The notes: generated from the letters alone by a model not told the origin. A stretch of 64,000 bases of DNA from Candidatus Bathyarchaeia archaeon (GCA_038883795.1 JAVZLK010000002.1:96001-160000), one strand, 5' to 3'. Counted from the stretch's first letter, positions 14,840-26,388 are shown. Translations and numbers: made by a program.

Positions 14840-17011
14840 TTGAGTGAAGTGCAATTGCGGGTTGGCGATGCAAAACAAAGGGATGTGGGAAGGGGAATAG
14901 CCCGCATAGACCAAAGAACAATGGAAAAATTGGGCATTTCAGCAGGCGACGTTATAGAAATAGTGGGTAAAAGGTCAACTTCAGCCATAGCTTGGCCAGC
15001 CTACAGCGAAGACCAAAACCGAGACATCATAAGAATAGATGGCTTCACTCGCAAAAATGCTGGAGTAGCCATAAACGAATACGTAATCGCAAGACCAGCC
15101 AAAGTCAAAAACGCCATAAGCATAACGTTGGCGCCTGTGGATATGCGATTGAACGTTGACGAAGACTTCACAAACTTTGTCAAAAACCGCCTCATGGAAA
15201 GAACTCTCGTGGAAGGCGACACCACACTGGTTATGATGCTTGGTCATGCTATACCCTTCACGGTCTCAAAGACCCGTCCCCACGGCATAGTTAAGGTTAC
15301 CCCAGAAACAAGACTAACAATCTTGAATGAACCAGCCCCAGAAGGGCGAGGGCTTCCAAGAACAACATATGAAGACATTGGCGGACTGCAAGAGGAAATC
15401 CAAAGAGTACGCGAAATGGTTGAGCTTCCATTGAGGCATCCTGAACTTTTCCAAAGGCTTGGAATAGAACCACCAAAAGGCGTATTGCTTCATGGACCGC
15501 CTGGGTGCGGTAAGACTTTGCTGGCTAGGGCTGTTGCTAACGAGTCTGAAGCGAATTTCTTCTCCATAAACGGACCTGAAATAATGAGCAAATTTTATGG
15601 CGAATCCGAAGCCAGACTTAGAGAAATCTTCCAGCAAGCCCAACAGAATGCTCCAAGCATAATATTCATTGACGAGTTGGATGCCATAGCGCCAAAAAGG
15701 GAAGAAGTCACCGGCGAGGTTGAAAGGCGTGTTGTTGCACAACTTCTTGCCTTAATGGATGGTCTATCTGGGAGAGGAAACGTCATAGTTATTGGCGCCA
15801 CAAACAGACCTGGCGCCCTTGACCCAGCCCTTCGTAGGCCAGGACGATTTGACAGAGAAATCGAAATAGGCGTTCCAGATAAGCGGGGAAGATACGAAAT
15901 CCTACAAATTCATACTCGTGGAATGCCCTTAGCTGAGGATGTTGACTTAAAGAAGCTTTCTGAAATAACTCACGGTTATACGGGCGCAGATTTGGCGGCT
16001 CTCTGCAGAGAAACAGCCATGAAAGCCCTCCGCCGATATTTGCCCCAAATAAACCTTGAAGAGGAGCGCATACCGCCAAGCGTTTTGGAGAAGATGGAAG
16101 TGAAAATGGAAGACTTCATAAATGCCTACAAAGAAGTGACGCCCACGGCCATGCGCGAGGTCTATATAGAAGTGCCAACAATTCATTGGGACGACATCGG
16201 CGGACTCGACGAAGTCAAACAGGAACTTAAGGAAGCGGTGGAATGGCCGCTGAAAAATCCTGAAATTTTCAAGAGGCTTGGAATAAAACCTCCAAAGGGC
16301 ATACTTCTTTATGGACCGCCTGGGTGCGGTAAGACTTTGTTGGCGAGGGCTGTGGCGACAGAAAGCGAAGCCAACTTTATAACAATTAAGGGTCCTGAAG
16401 TTTTTTCAAAATGGGTCGGCGAATCCGAGAAAGCCATAAGGGAAGTTTTCAGAAAAGCCAGAATGGCAGCGCCAGCCGTAATATTCTTTGATGAGATGGA
16501 TTCCCTTGTGCCCCGGAGAGGCTTAGGCTTTGCAGACAGTGGCGTAACAGAGCGAGTCATCAGTCAACTCTTAACTGAAATGGATGGAATCCTAACTTTA
16601 GAGGACGTTGTTGTTATAGCGGCTACGAACAGACCTGACATTATTGACCCTGCAGTGCTTCGACCTGGAAGATTTGATAGGCTGATATATGTGCCAGAAC
16701 CAGATGAGAAAACTCGGCTTCAAATATTCAAAATTCACACAAGAAATATGCCATTAGCCAAAGACGTAAGCTTGGAGCAGCTGGCTGCCATAACCAAGAA
16801 TTATTCTGGTGCAGACATAGAAGCCCTCTGCAGAGAAGCAGCCATGCACGCCTTACGGAGAGATGTGAACGCTAAAGAGGTTACATTGGCCGATTTTCAA
16901 GAGGCAATGAAAAAGATTGGGCCTTCAATAACGCCTGACATGGAAAAATGGTATAAAGGCTTCATGCAGCAGGTGAGGCAAGTTCAAAAACCAGCAACAC
17001 CAGTGGCTTAG
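14840..17011 (+). CDS. cdc48: CDC48/VAT AAA+ ATPase
   Basis: N-domain [10 protein letters not shown]; two AAA modules with GPPGCGKT and RPGRFDR. Confidence 0.97.
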   Translation: MSEVQLRVGDAKQRDVGRGIARIDQRTMEKLGISAGDVIEIVGKRSTSAIAWPAYSEDQNRDIIRIDGFTRKNAGVAINEYVIARPAKVKNAISITLAPVDMRLNVDEDFTNFVKNRLMERTLVEGDTTLVMMLGHAIPFTVSKTRPHGIVKVTPETRLTILNEPAPEGRGLPRTTYEDIGGLQEEIQRVREMVELPLRHPELFQRLGIEPPKGVLLHGPPGCGKTLLARAVANESEANFFSINGPEIMSKFYGESEARLREIFQQAQQNAPSIIFIDELDAIAPKREEVTGEVERRVVAQLLALMDGLSGRGNVIVIGATNRPGALDPALRRPGRFDREIEIGVPDKRGRYEILQIHTRGMPLAEDVDLKKLSEITHGYTGADLAALCRETAMKALRRYLPQINLEEERIPPSVLEKMEVKMEDFINAYKEVTPTAMREVYIEVPTIHWDDIGGLDEVKQELKEAVEWPLKNPEIFKRLGIKPPKGILLYGPPGCGKTLLARAVATESEANFITIKGPEVFSKWVGESEKAIREVFRKARMAAPAVIFFDEMDSLVPRRGLGFADSGVTERVISQLLTEMDGILTLEDVVVIAATNRPDIIDPAVLRPGRFDRLIYVPEPDEKTRLQIFKIHTRNMPLAKDVSLEQLAAITKNYSGADIEALCREAAMHALRRDVNAKEVTLADFQEAMKKIGPSITPDMEKWYKGFMQQVRQVQKPATPVA

Positions 17012-17023
17012 GAGTGCGTAATT

Positions 17024-17251
17024 TTGCCAGTCAAAACTTGGAAGACGCATCCAGCCTACTACGTTCTATTAGAAGTCTTAAAAAAGAAGGGCGCCATGAC
17101 GGATACTGAGCTCTTTGAAGTTTTAAGCGAGGAGTTTAAGGATTTAGGCTTCAAGGATTTCAACGAGTTTCTTATGAGGTTGGAGGTTGCTGGAAAAATA
17201 CGAACAACCTCTATGGTTCGTGGAAAAAGAAGAGTTGAACTTATAACATAA
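17024..17251 (+). CDS. Small winged-helix protein
   Basis: 75 aa, LMRLEVAGKI wing pattern; directly after cdc48. Confidence 0.7.
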   Translation: MPVKTWKTHPAYYVLLEVLKKKGAMTDTELFEVLSEEFKDLGFKDFNEFLMRLEVAGKIRTTSMVRGKRRVELIT

Positions 17252-17282
17252 GCATTTAACTTCAAACTTTTTATGTGTAATC

Positions 17283-18515
17283 ATGGAAAACCTTTCAGAT
17301 GCCATAGTCATTGGAGGCGGACCCTGCGGTTCCTTTACAGCCCTAAACCTTGCGAAGCTTAAAGTTAAGGTAAGAGTTTTTGAAGAACACGCCCAAATTG
17401 GCTTTCCAGCGCATTGTCCAGGACATGTGGCAATTAACGGTTTGAAACGTTTAGGCTTATATCCACTTCCGGAAGGCATTGTTGAGAACACTTTTTGTGG
17501 AGTTATCTTTCACTCGCCGAAAGGCAGCGAATTTTCTGTCCGCTTTTCTTCACCCATAACGTGCGTTGTTAACCGTTCCCTTTTTGACAATTATATTGCA
17601 GAAATGGCGAAAAATAAAGGAGTTTTTTATCATCTAAATTCTCGTGTTGAATCCTTAATCTTTGAAGACGGTTTTGTAAAAGGAGTAAGCGTAAACCAGA
17701 ATGGAAAAGTCGAAAAATTTTTCGCTAAAATTGTGGTGGATGCTGAAGGAATTTCTTCAAAAATTCTGCGACAAGTCAACTTCTCACCCAAATATGGGCG
17801 TATGTTCGTTCATGGCGTACACGCAGAAGTTGAAAACGTTGAAAATGTGGAACAAGACAGCGTAGAAGTCTTTCTCGGCAAAGATTATGCGCCTGGTTTC
17901 TATGCATGGTTAATTCCAAAAGGCGAAGACAAAGCAAAAGTTGGGTTAGCCGCAAAGCGTGGAAATCCGAAAGATTTTCTGCAATGTTTCATGCTTAAAC
18001 ATCCAGTAGCCTCAAAAAAATTGCGTAAAGCGAAAATTTTGCATATGGCTTTTCATCCCATATCCCTTGGCGGACCAATCTCAAAAACTTATTCGAATGG
18101 TTTTTTGGCTGTTGGCGATGCAGCTTCTCAAGTTAAGCCGACAACTGGCGGCGGCGTAATTTTTGGGCTTTCATGTGCAAGGATTGCTGCTGAGGTTGCA
18201 TATGAAGCCTTGCAGAGAAATGATTTTTCTTCAAAATTTCTAAGTGTATACGCCCAGCGCTGTAAAGAAAATTTTGGTTTTGACATGAAGGTTATGCTTA
18301 AAGTTAGGAAGATACTTAACGGTTTGTCTGACGAGAAACTTGACGAAGCTATCAGTTTATGTGAAAGGCTGAATTTAAACAAGACTTTAAATAAAATTGA
18401 AGAAATAGACTTTCAAGGGAAAACCCTTTTGAAACTTCTGCCGAATCCGAGGGTTTTGCCAATTATCCTTCGTTTCGTTTTTCTTTATATCTCTGCAACT
18501 TTTATGGAGCAGTAG
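17283..18515 (+). CDS. Geranylgeranyl reductase-family FAD oxidoreductase
   Basis: IVIGGGPCG, GFYAWLIP, VGDAASQVKPTTGGG. Confidence 0.9.
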   Translation: MENLSDAIVIGGGPCGSFTALNLAKLKVKVRVFEEHAQIGFPAHCPGHVAINGLKRLGLYPLPEGIVENTFCGVIFHSPKGSEFSVRFSSPITCVVNRSLFDNYIAEMAKNKGVFYHLNSRVESLIFEDGFVKGVSVNQNGKVEKFFAKIVVDAEGISSKILRQVNFSPKYGRMFVHGVHAEVENVENVEQDSVEVFLGKDYAPGFYAWLIPKGEDKAKVGLAAKRGNPKDFLQCFMLKHPVASKKLRKAKILHMAFHPISLGGPISKTYSNGFLAVGDAASQVKPTTGGGVIFGLSCARIAAEVAYEALQRNDFSSKFLSVYAQRCKENFGFDMKVMLKVRKILNGLSDEKLDEAISLCERLNLNKTLNKIEEIDFQGKTLLKLLPNPRVLPIILRFVFLYISATFMEQ

Positions 18516-18538
18516 ATAAATAGGTTGTTAAAGGAGTA

Positions 18539-19485
18539 CTATGCATACTTATTTAGCCATTGAGCCAAAACATTTTCTAAATCGTTAACTATGTTAATCG
18601 TATTCTCTAATCTTATTGCATTGAAGGGAGTAGCAAACGATTCAAGAACTTCGAATGCTAAATGTTGCAATTTTTGAAAGGATGTTTGGTTTAGTTCCTT
18701 AAAAGCAGCTAATGGCTTAGAATAGTTAGCAGATGACTCTGCTTCTGCTATTAAATTTTCTAGGACAGACCTTACGGTAGGTCCTCCCTGGCATGATTTC
18801 CACTGAATAAAGGTATAACACATAAATCTATCAATTATATAAAGTGGTTTCCTATACCCGCTAAGTTCTGGGTTTAGGGCATCAACCCTTTTAGACCATG
18901 ATAATATGCATACTCCATTTCATTGAAAAAACCTTTAATCAAAGCTTTAATATTAAATTCGTTAGGTTCGGTTTCTCGGAGTCCATGTCGATATGTCAAT
19001 AAGAGAAATGAAATGCTGGTAGCTCTATCGATGCCGAACTTAAATAGACTTAAGGCGTAACCGGTGCCTTCTAGATTTTTCTGTAAGCTAGACTGCAATA
19101 AATTGTAATAATATGCATTCCCTACAGCTGAGGCTATGAGAGTAACAAGTACAGCAACCAAGAAAATGTTTCTAGTTTTCTTCGTTTTCCATTTGGAGGG
19201 TGAAATTGGCAAATGTGGATGTTCTTCCACTCCACTCATTAGATTTACTGCAGCAATTCCTATGCTGGAGAGTTCGTATTTGCCGTTTTCTGAATGCCTA
19301 ATCAATTCACCCAAGTTTTCAATGTGATAACTCAGATGCCCACTGTCAATGGAAAGGATGTTCAAAATTTCTGAGAAACTCATTTGCTTGCCCACTAACA
19401 TTCTAAGTATCTTTCTTCGTATAGGATGTTTGAGTGACCTAAAAATCAAAGAATATGTTTCTTCCTCCATTTTTTCCGCACACAT
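18539..19485 (-). pseudogene. ArsR-type wHTH membrane-anchored regulator, apparently frameshifted
   Basis: 18874-19485 has LKHPIRRKIL wHTH plus a TM helix; the frame of ORF 18539-18823 is open back across the first stop, so a 1-nt insertion near 18880 joins them. Confidence 0.55.
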
Positions 19486-19689
19486 TGTTTCCTTTCCTCA
19501 TTTTTTATGAGTTTAAATGGAAAGAAAAGGGTTTTTATGAAGAAAACTTTACAAAAAACTGTAAAGAAAACTTCACTTAAAATGGTAAGACTCCTTGCTA
19601 CTCCATGGTAGATACCAAAGTTAAATCTAAACATCTGCAAATCCTTAAAATCCTCGAGCGACAAAATGGAGTAAGCGGTTGAAAGTGGC

Positions 19690-20052
19690 ATGTCGGAATT
19701 TCGTTATAAGCAAGTGCTTGTCTTTCGTTCAGATTTAAAATTAAGCAAAGGTAAGATTGCTGCTCAAGCTGGGCATGGCGCTGTTTCTGCTGCTGAAGAG
19801 GCTCGCAAAAATCAAAAAGCTTGGTGGAGCGCTTGGATGGATGAGGGGCAATGCAAAATTGTTGTTAAAGTTAAAGGTGAAAAGGAAATTTTGGAGTTAG
19901 AAAAAGAGGCGAAGACTTTGGCTTTGCCATGCGCACTAATCATAGATAGGGGCTTAACAGAAGTTCCGCCTGGAACCATAACCTGTTTGGGTATTGGTCC
20001 TGCGCCATCCGAAATTATCGATAAACTGACTGGGAAGCTTCCTCTTCTTTAA
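19690..20052 (+). CDS. pth2: Peptidyl-tRNA hydrolase Pth2
   Basis: LSKGKIAAQAGH, DRGLTEVPPGT, GIGP. Confidence 0.97.
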   Translation: MSEFRYKQVLVFRSDLKLSKGKIAAQAGHGAVSAAEEARKNQKAWWSAWMDEGQCKIVVKVKGEKEILELEKEAKTLALPCALIIDRGLTEVPPGTITCLGIGPAPSEIIDKLTGKLPLL

Positions 20053-20066
20053 GGAAGGCGAAAGGT

Positions 20067-21443
20067 TTGTTTGTTCCTAACCTTGAGAAACTTATGGGCA
20101 TGGAAGTTTATGCCACAAGTTCTTTAGGTATTGGTGGAGCTATTAGGCATTGTGTTGATGATTTTATTGTTGAGGAAATCCTTGTTGACGGTTCTAGAGC
20201 GGAAGTAAAATGTTCTGGTATGCCCAAAGCGTTAGGTTCTTCGGCAGAGAGGAAACGTTATCTTTTATGTGTTTTGGTCAAACGAAATTGGGACACTTTT
20301 TTAGCCATAAAAACCATAGCCAAGCAACTCGGCCTAAGCCCAAACAATATTCATTTTGCTGGCATAAAAGATGCTAAAGCGGTTACCGCCCAATTCATTA
20401 CGGTTGATGGTGTTTCAGCCTATGAAATTCGAAAGACTAAAGTTAAAGATATAAAAATCCATCCAGTAGGCTATCTTCGCCACAAGCTTTCCACATACTA
20501 TCTCTTTGGAAATAATTTCAACATAACCATTAGAGCCATAAGCCACTCCAAATCATCCATCAAAAAGCGTATAGAAAAGACCATCGGAGAACTTGAGACT
20601 ATTGGTGGGATTCCAAATTTTTTCGGCCACCAACGTTTCGGCACAGTTCGCCCTATAACGCATACTATTGGAAAAGCCCTCGTCAAAGGAAACTTCAAAA
20701 AGGCCGTGATGCTTTTCTTGGCTAAACCAAGCCCTTACGAGCATTCAGAATCCAGAAAAGCTCGAGAACTGCTGCAAAAGACACAAGATTTTAATCAAGC
20801 ATTGAAAAGCTTTCCAAAACAGTTGCATTATGAACGTTTAATGCTTGAGCATCTGGCACGAAAACCGCAAGATTTTTTGGGAGCCTTTAAACGTTTGCCC
20901 ATCAAGCTTCGAGAGCTTTTTCCTCAAGCTTATCAAGCCTACCTTTTCAACAAATTCCTAAGCAAAAGAATTCTAGAAGGGCTTTCGTTAAATAAGGCTG
21001 AAGTGGGTGATTATGTTGTTAGTGTGCAGCGTTCTGGATTGCCATTATTAACAATGTATAAAGTTGTGAAGGCTGAAACTTGTGCAGAAATTAATGAGGC
21101 AATGAAGGCTGGAAAAATGCAGTTAGCTCTTCCTCTAATAGGTTTTAAACAGAAGTCTTCACAGGGTGTTCAAGGAGAAATTGAAAAACAAATTTTAGAG
21201 GAGGAAGGCATAACTTTTGAAAATTTTAAAATCAGTTTAATGCCAGAGGTAAGCTCGAAAGGTGAACTGCGAACCGCTTTAACTCCGCTAAACAATTTTC
21301 AACTAAAAGAAGTTTCCGCTGATGCAGCTAATCCATCCAAAAACATGGCAAAAATAAGCTTTGCGTTGCATCGGGGTTCGTATGCAACCGTACTCTTAAG
21401 AGAGATTATGAAACCACGTAATCTGTTAAAGGCTGGATTTTAA
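20067..21443 (+). CDS. truD: tRNA pseudouridine(13) synthase
   Basis: FAGIKDAKAVT, PNFFGHQRFG, GSYATVLLREI. Confidence 0.96.
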   Translation: MFVPNLEKLMGMEVYATSSLGIGGAIRHCVDDFIVEEILVDGSRAEVKCSGMPKALGSSAERKRYLLCVLVKRNWDTFLAIKTIAKQLGLSPNNIHFAGIKDAKAVTAQFITVDGVSAYEIRKTKVKDIKIHPVGYLRHKLSTYYLFGNNFNITIRAISHSKSSIKKRIEKTIGELETIGGIPNFFGHQRFGTVRPITHTIGKALVKGNFKKAVMLFLAKPSPYEHSESRKARELLQKTQDFNQALKSFPKQLHYERLMLEHLARKPQDFLGAFKRLPIKLRELFPQAYQAYLFNKFLSKRILEGLSLNKAEVGDYVVSVQRSGLPLLTMYKVVKAETCAEINEAMKAGKMQLALPLIGFKQKSSQGVQGEIEKQILEEEGITFENFKISLMPEVSSKGELRTALTPLNNFQLKEVSADAANPSKNMAKISFALHRGSYATVLLREIMKPRNLLKAGF

Positions 21444-22195
21444 AATAGTATGGAGAGGCATGTTAAGGCACCTTCTCCCTTGCGAAATTCAGACATCTCC
21501 AATTCAATCACAGAAAATCCCGCCGCTTCTACCATTTTCTTAGTTTTAGGATAGCCCTTCGCCATCAAAACTGTCCCATTTATGGCAAGACAATCCGCAG
21601 CATACTCCTCGTCTTTCGGGACAACAATTTTCTCATAATCTCGCATTATGTCCAAATCAAAGTATCCCTTCGAGAGGACGACATAATTGTTTCCAAGATA
21701 GGTACAAGCAGACTTTAAGTGAAGCACGTTTCGAACTTTCACTGGAACCACCTCTACATCACTTCCGTTCAAAATTTTCCTAAGTTGATGTATCGCTTGG
21801 AGGTTGGTTCTTTGGGAAAGTCCAACAAAAATCTTGTCTTCGATTTTTAGGGCGTCCCCGCCGTCGATGGTGGCTGGAGGCTTGATGTAGTAGGTTTCCT
21901 TTAGTTTTTCCAATACTTTGGCGACTTCAATCACTTCTGGTTTTCGGGATTTTATTTTCATGTTGCATATTATCGCCTTCTCTCTGATTATTATCGCTGT
22001 ATCTTCGACAAAACAACTGTCAGGAAGCGTATCATCGCCTTTCACCCAAACGAGTTTCAAACCGAGCCTTTCTAAAGTTTTGCAGTATTCTGCGTGTTGC
22101 TTTTTTGCAAGTGCCACATCTATTCTTTCGACATTTGTCCTAACACATTGGTCATAAGAATTTGGTACTGGTCTTACTATAGCGTACTTAACCAT
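21440..22195 (-). CDS. Dimethylarginine dimethylaminohydrolase/amidinotransferase family
   Basis: PDSCFVEDTA, DGGD, HLKS, GALTCLS. Confidence 0.9.
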   Translation of the reverse strand: MVKYAIVRPVPNSYDQCVRTNVERIDVALAKKQHAEYCKTLERLGLKLVWVKGDDTLPDSCFVEDTAIIIREKAIICNMKIKSRKPEVIEVAKVLEKLKETYYIKPPATIDGGDALKIEDKIFVGLSQRTNLQAIHQLRKILNGSDVEVVPVKVRNVLHLKSACTYLGNNYVVLSKGYFDLDIMRDYEKIVVPKDEEYAADCLAINGTVLMAKGYPKTKKMVEAAGFSVIELEMSEFRKGEGALTCLSILF

Positions 22196-22210
22196 AAGCT
22201 CACACTAGGT

Positions 22211-23383
22211 TCATTTAATTGCCTTTTCTGCATTTTCAATTAACGTTTGTTTCTTATCAAGTGGTACCGTTACGTTTGCGGCATATTGATGTCCATCAGC
22301 AACGCCAAAACCCTCTGAAGCCTTGTCCAAAAGGTTTACTGCGCCTGGAAGCTTTCCATTATCGATTAAAGATTGCAAGGTTTTTGGCACTCGAACCGAA
22401 GCTTTAACAAACTTTTCCTTCAGCGTTCCCCATCCTGGAATCTCTGATGGAACATTTACAAAACCAAAAATGTATTTGTTGGGTTTTACTAGGCGTGTTT
22501 GGTAAGCCAAGAAAGAACAGAATTGTCCAATAACTTTTGTGCCCATGCCAGCATACATGTCTCCAGCATCAAACCACTGAATGTGATCTGTTTCCTTCAA
22601 CCTTTCACGGTAAAGCCTTCCCAAAAGGTGACGGTTAGCCTCCTTACGCTTATTCTCTAACGCATTGATCTTTTCTTCAACTTCTTTGCTTAATCCTTCT
22701 AAGCAAGCGTTTACGCCAATTTCTGGACCCCCCTCATAATATCCTACAGCGCCCAAAATCTGAAGCTTGGCGAAAAGGGAGTCCAAGCGAGTTTTAAATT
22801 TGGTTATCTCGTAGCTTTTGCCCTTCTGCTGAATAATTCCATTTTTACATGCTTCTTCCAATACCATCTTATTTATTCCCATAAAGCCTTCTGGAATTTC
22901 GCAACTTCCAACCAGAGCCAAATAACCTAAATCCACATTTGTTTGGTTTAATGTTTTTGTGAATAAGTAGCAGCATGTTGCTCCAGAAAAGTCCGTTTCG
23001 CCCCTAAATCCATAGTTTTCAAGGTTTAAATCAAAAACTTGTGGGTCTGTGGCTGGTTTTGGGTCGTGATGGTCCAATATTATTGTTAGGTTTTTGCCCT
23101 TATTGTATTCGGATATCATGTCTGCGTGGGATGAGCCAATATCCACATAAAAAATTGTTTGACCCGTTTTTGAGTGTAAGTCTTCGATGACTTCTATGTA
23201 GACCTTTTCTAGGCAGAATGTTTTTGGCTTTATTTCTTCGCGTTCTAAAGCCTTTTTTGTTATTGCTGCTGAGCATAAACCGTCAGCGTCGTCATGATGG
23301 ACTATTATGGCTTCTCGCGGCTTTTTAGCCCTCAACTCCTCAATCGCTTGTTTTGCTTTTTTTTCAAAATCTTGAAGTTGCAT
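22211..23383 (-). CDS. DHH-family phosphoesterase (RecJ-like)
   Basis: HHDDADG, DIGS, LDHH, DGHQYAA. Confidence 0.88.
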   Translation of the reverse strand: MQLQDFEKKAKQAIEELRAKKPREAIIVHHDDADGLCSAAITKKALEREEIKPKTFCLEKVYIEVIEDLHSKTGQTIFYVDIGSSHADMISEYNKGKNLTIILDHHDPKPATDPQVFDLNLENYGFRGETDFSGATCCYLFTKTLNQTNVDLGYLALVGSCEIPEGFMGINKMVLEEACKNGIIQQKGKSYEITKFKTRLDSLFAKLQILGAVGYYEGGPEIGVNACLEGLSKEVEEKINALENKRKEANRHLLGRLYRERLKETDHIQWFDAGDMYAGMGTKVIGQFCSFLAYQTRLVKPNKYIFGFVNVPSEIPGWGTLKEKFVKASVRVPKTLQSLIDNGKLPGAVNLLDKASEGFGVADGHQYAANVTVPLDKKQTLIENAEKAIK

Positions 23384-23398
23384 GAGTAACGCCTCTTT

Positions 23399-23932
23399 TT
23401 AGCCTATTGTTTTTAGGATGTCTGACCGCGTTATTATCCCCACAATCTCTTTGCCCCTTGCCACTAATATTCCTTGATGTCTCTCAAGCAGTGGGCGGAC
23501 GGCGTCTATGGGCATTTCTTCCGACACTGTTGGCAAGGGTGGACCCATAACGTTTTTTACCTTTTCCTTTGCTATGTTTGAGCTTAAGTTTCTGATTATG
23601 CTTTCTTCTGTTATTGTTCCAACAACTCTGTTTCCGTTCAGCACGGGCATCTGCGAGATGGCATTTCTCACCATAATCTCGCTTACTTTTAAAATGTTGT
23701 TGTTTGGTCTCGCAAAGAGGACGCCTTCGGTCATTATGTCTTTGCACTTTTTCTTTTTTCCTTCCGTCAAAACTTCTAAGATTTTGTTGATTGTGGAAAG
23801 TCTCGGATCAACTTTCTCTTGTTCTATTTTTGCTATGTGGGCTTGTGATACGCCGACAAGTTCTGCAAGCCTTTTCTGGGTTAAGCCAGCCTCAAGTCTT
23901 AGTTTTCTAATGAGGGAGCCTGTCACCGCCAA
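23399..23932 (-). CDS. HTH(XRE)-CBS domain regulator
   Basis: GLTQKRLAELVGVSQAHIAKIE plus paired CBS domains. Confidence 0.92.
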   Translation of the reverse strand: MAVTGSLIRKLRLEAGLTQKRLAELVGVSQAHIAKIEQEKVDPRLSTINKILEVLTEGKKKKCKDIMTEGVLFARPNNNILKVSEIMVRNAISQMPVLNGNRVVGTITEESIIRNLSSNIAKEKVKNVMGPPLPTVSEEMPIDAVRPLLERHQGILVARGKEIVGIITRSDILKTIG

Positions 23933-24015
23933 AATATAACCACCAGTTATTTTCTTTTATAAATTAATACAGTAAATTATATATTTGTTTTGCGCATACA
24001 TCCCTAAACTTCACT

Positions 24016-25239
24016 GTGGAAAGGTTTACCATGCGGAACATAATAGTAGAAGACCTAAAACAGACGCCCTTGGAAAGACAGCGCATAGAAATAGTGGAAA
24101 GAAAAGGTCTTGGACATCCGGATTATATCTGTGATGCTGTGATGGACCAGATTTCCATAAACCTAAGCAAAGAATACTTGGAAAAGGCTGGTTTAATCCT
24201 CCATCATAACGTTGACAAATCTCTTCTTGTGGCTGGAGAAGCTGAACCAAGATTTGGTGGGGGCATAGTTAAACAGCCCATGCTCTTCGTTTTCGGCGAC
24301 AGGGCAACATCGGAATTTAACGGTACAAAAATAGACGTTAAAGAAATAGCAATACGCGTTGCCAAAGAGTGGTTCAGAAAGAACATGCGCTTTGTAGACC
24401 CAGAAAAACATGTGAAATATCAAGTAGAACTCAAGCCCGGCTCTGTGGGGCTTGTGGACATTTTTAAGCGGAAAGGAAAAGTTTTAGGAGCCAATGATAC
24501 GTCTGCTGCTGTTGGATATGCGCCAATGACTAGAACAGAAAAAATAGTTTTGGAAACAGAGAAATTCCTAAACTCTCAAAACTTTAAACAGCGTTTTCCG
24601 GAATCGGGTGAAGACATAAAGGTTATGGGTTTCAGAGTAAACAACACCCTAAACCTTACAATTTCCATGGCTTTTGTCGACCGCTTCATAAACAGCGAAG
24701 AAGAATACTTCGAAAAGAAAGCAAAAATTCTCGAAGAAACAGAAAAATTCGTCAAGGCAAACACAGACTTTGAAACAGTTAACATTCAACTAAACACTTT
24801 GGACGCTCGTGGAAGAGGCTTAGGAGGCTTATACCTAACAGTTTTGGGCACAAGCGCAGACAGCGGCGACTCAGGACAGGTTGGAAGGGGTAACCGTGTA
24901 AACGGCTTAATATCCCTAAACAGACCCTTCTGTTCCGAAGCCGCAGCAGGCAAAAACCCAGTAAGTCACGTTGGAAAAATCTATAACGTTTTAACCTACA
25001 AAATAGCCCAACACGTTTACGATGAAGTGCCTGAAGTTGAAGAAGTTTACATTTGGTTGCTGAGTAAAATTGGAAGCCCCATTGACCAGCCTGAAGTGGC
25101 AGCAGCACAAGTTATAATGAAGGGCAACAACGCCATAGAAAAGGTTAGACGCGAAATAAGCGATGTGCTAAACTACGAGCTGGAAAATATAGACAAATTC
25201 TGCATGGAGCTTGCCGAAGGAAAAATTCAAACATATTAA
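24016..25239 (+). CDS. mat: Archaeal S-adenosylmethionine synthetase
   Basis: ERKGLGHPD, ANDTS, GEDIKVMG, EAAAGKNPVSHVGKIYN. Confidence 0.97.
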   Translation: MERFTMRNIIVEDLKQTPLERQRIEIVERKGLGHPDYICDAVMDQISINLSKEYLEKAGLILHHNVDKSLLVAGEAEPRFGGGIVKQPMLFVFGDRATSEFNGTKIDVKEIAIRVAKEWFRKNMRFVDPEKHVKYQVELKPGSVGLVDIFKRKGKVLGANDTSAAVGYAPMTRTEKIVLETEKFLNSQNFKQRFPESGEDIKVMGFRVNNTLNLTISMAFVDRFINSEEEYFEKKAKILEETEKFVKANTDFETVNIQLNTLDARGRGLGGLYLTVLGTSADSGDSGQVGRGNRVNGLISLNRPFCSEAAAGKNPVSHVGKIYNVLTYKIAQHVYDEVPEVEEVYIWLLSKIGSPIDQPEVAAAQVIMKGNNAIEKVRREISDVLNYELENIDKFCMELAEGKIQTY

Positions 25240-25304
25240 CTTGAAACGTTTTTGAGTTTTTAATTGTAAGGCTTATTACTCTCCATTCTTAGGTATGATT
25301 AGAG

Positions 25305-26324
25305 TTGAAGTTTATGAAGGCTTGGGAAGCTGCTAGAAATGCTTTAGAATGCGTACTAGAATCCAAAAAGGGCGAAAGCATTATCGTTTTTTGTGATTAT
25401 GAAAAGCTTGATGTTGGTGAAGCCTTTACAAATGGCGCCCTAAACCTAGGCCTACAAACAAGACTAATACCGCTGAAAACTAGTGCGAATGTTTTTAGAA
25501 AAGAAATTCCACCCCAAATCATGGAAATTTTAACAAAATACACACCAGATATCTACATTAACCTTCTCCGCGGTTCTCGCGAAGAAACACCCTTTAGAAT
25601 AACACTCATAAAAATGGAAACAGCAGAACGCAAAGCCCGTTTGGGTCACTGTCCCGGCGTTACTTTAGACATGCTAACCCAAGGCGCTTTAGCTCTAACA
25701 GTTAAAGAGCATAGAGAAATGCAAAGTTTTGCAAAAAACCTAATCCAAAAACTGGGTGATGCAGCACACATAGAAATTACAAATCCAGCTGGCACAAAGG
25801 TTTCCCTAAACGTTGAAGGAAGACCCTTCTACACGGACACTATAATTGATTGGGAAACTATGAAGTGGATGAATTTGCCAACAGGCGAAGTTATCGTAGC
25901 GCCAGTGGAAGATTCTCTTGAAGGCACTTTTGTGTGCGACATGGCTGTGGGCGGAATAGGGCCTCTGAAAAACCCAGTTAAATTAACAATCCATAAAGGT
26001 AAAGTGGAAAACATTTTTTCTGAAGACTTGTTAACATTAGAGAAAATTAGAGATTCCTTTAAAACTGACGAGTGGTCAGATGTTGTGGGCGAGTTTGCTT
26101 TTGGAATAAATAAGAAAGCAAGGTTTGTCGAAGAGTTCCTTGAAGCGGAGAAAATGTTTGGCACAATTCACATAGCCTTCGGCAACAACTCCGACATGCC
26201 AGGCGGCAAAAACAAATCCAAGAACCACATGGACTTTCTGATTTCAAAGCCAACCGTGAAGGTTTTTGACAAAAAGGGCTCATGTATGAACGTTCTTGTT
26301 GATGGAGTTTTTCAATGCTTATAG
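25305..26324 (+). CDS. Thermophilic metallo-aminopeptidase (M29-like)
   Basis: NLPTGEV, GEFAFGIN, EAEKMFGTIHIAFG, HMD. Confidence 0.85.
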   Translation: MKFMKAWEAARNALECVLESKKGESIIVFCDYEKLDVGEAFTNGALNLGLQTRLIPLKTSANVFRKEIPPQIMEILTKYTPDIYINLLRGSREETPFRITLIKMETAERKARLGHCPGVTLDMLTQGALALTVKEHREMQSFAKNLIQKLGDAAHIEITNPAGTKVSLNVEGRPFYTDTIIDWETMKWMNLPTGEVIVAPVEDSLEGTFVCDMAVGGIGPLKNPVKLTIHKGKVENIFSEDLLTLEKIRDSFKTDEWSDVVGEFAFGINKKARFVEEFLEAEKMFGTIHIAFGNNSDMPGGKNKSKNHMDFLISKPTVKVFDKKGSCMNVLVDGVFQCL

Positions 26325-26388
26325 CATGCTATTGTTAAAACACTTAAAATAGTTAAAAGTTTAAACTTAGAAAGAAAGGTGAATACGG

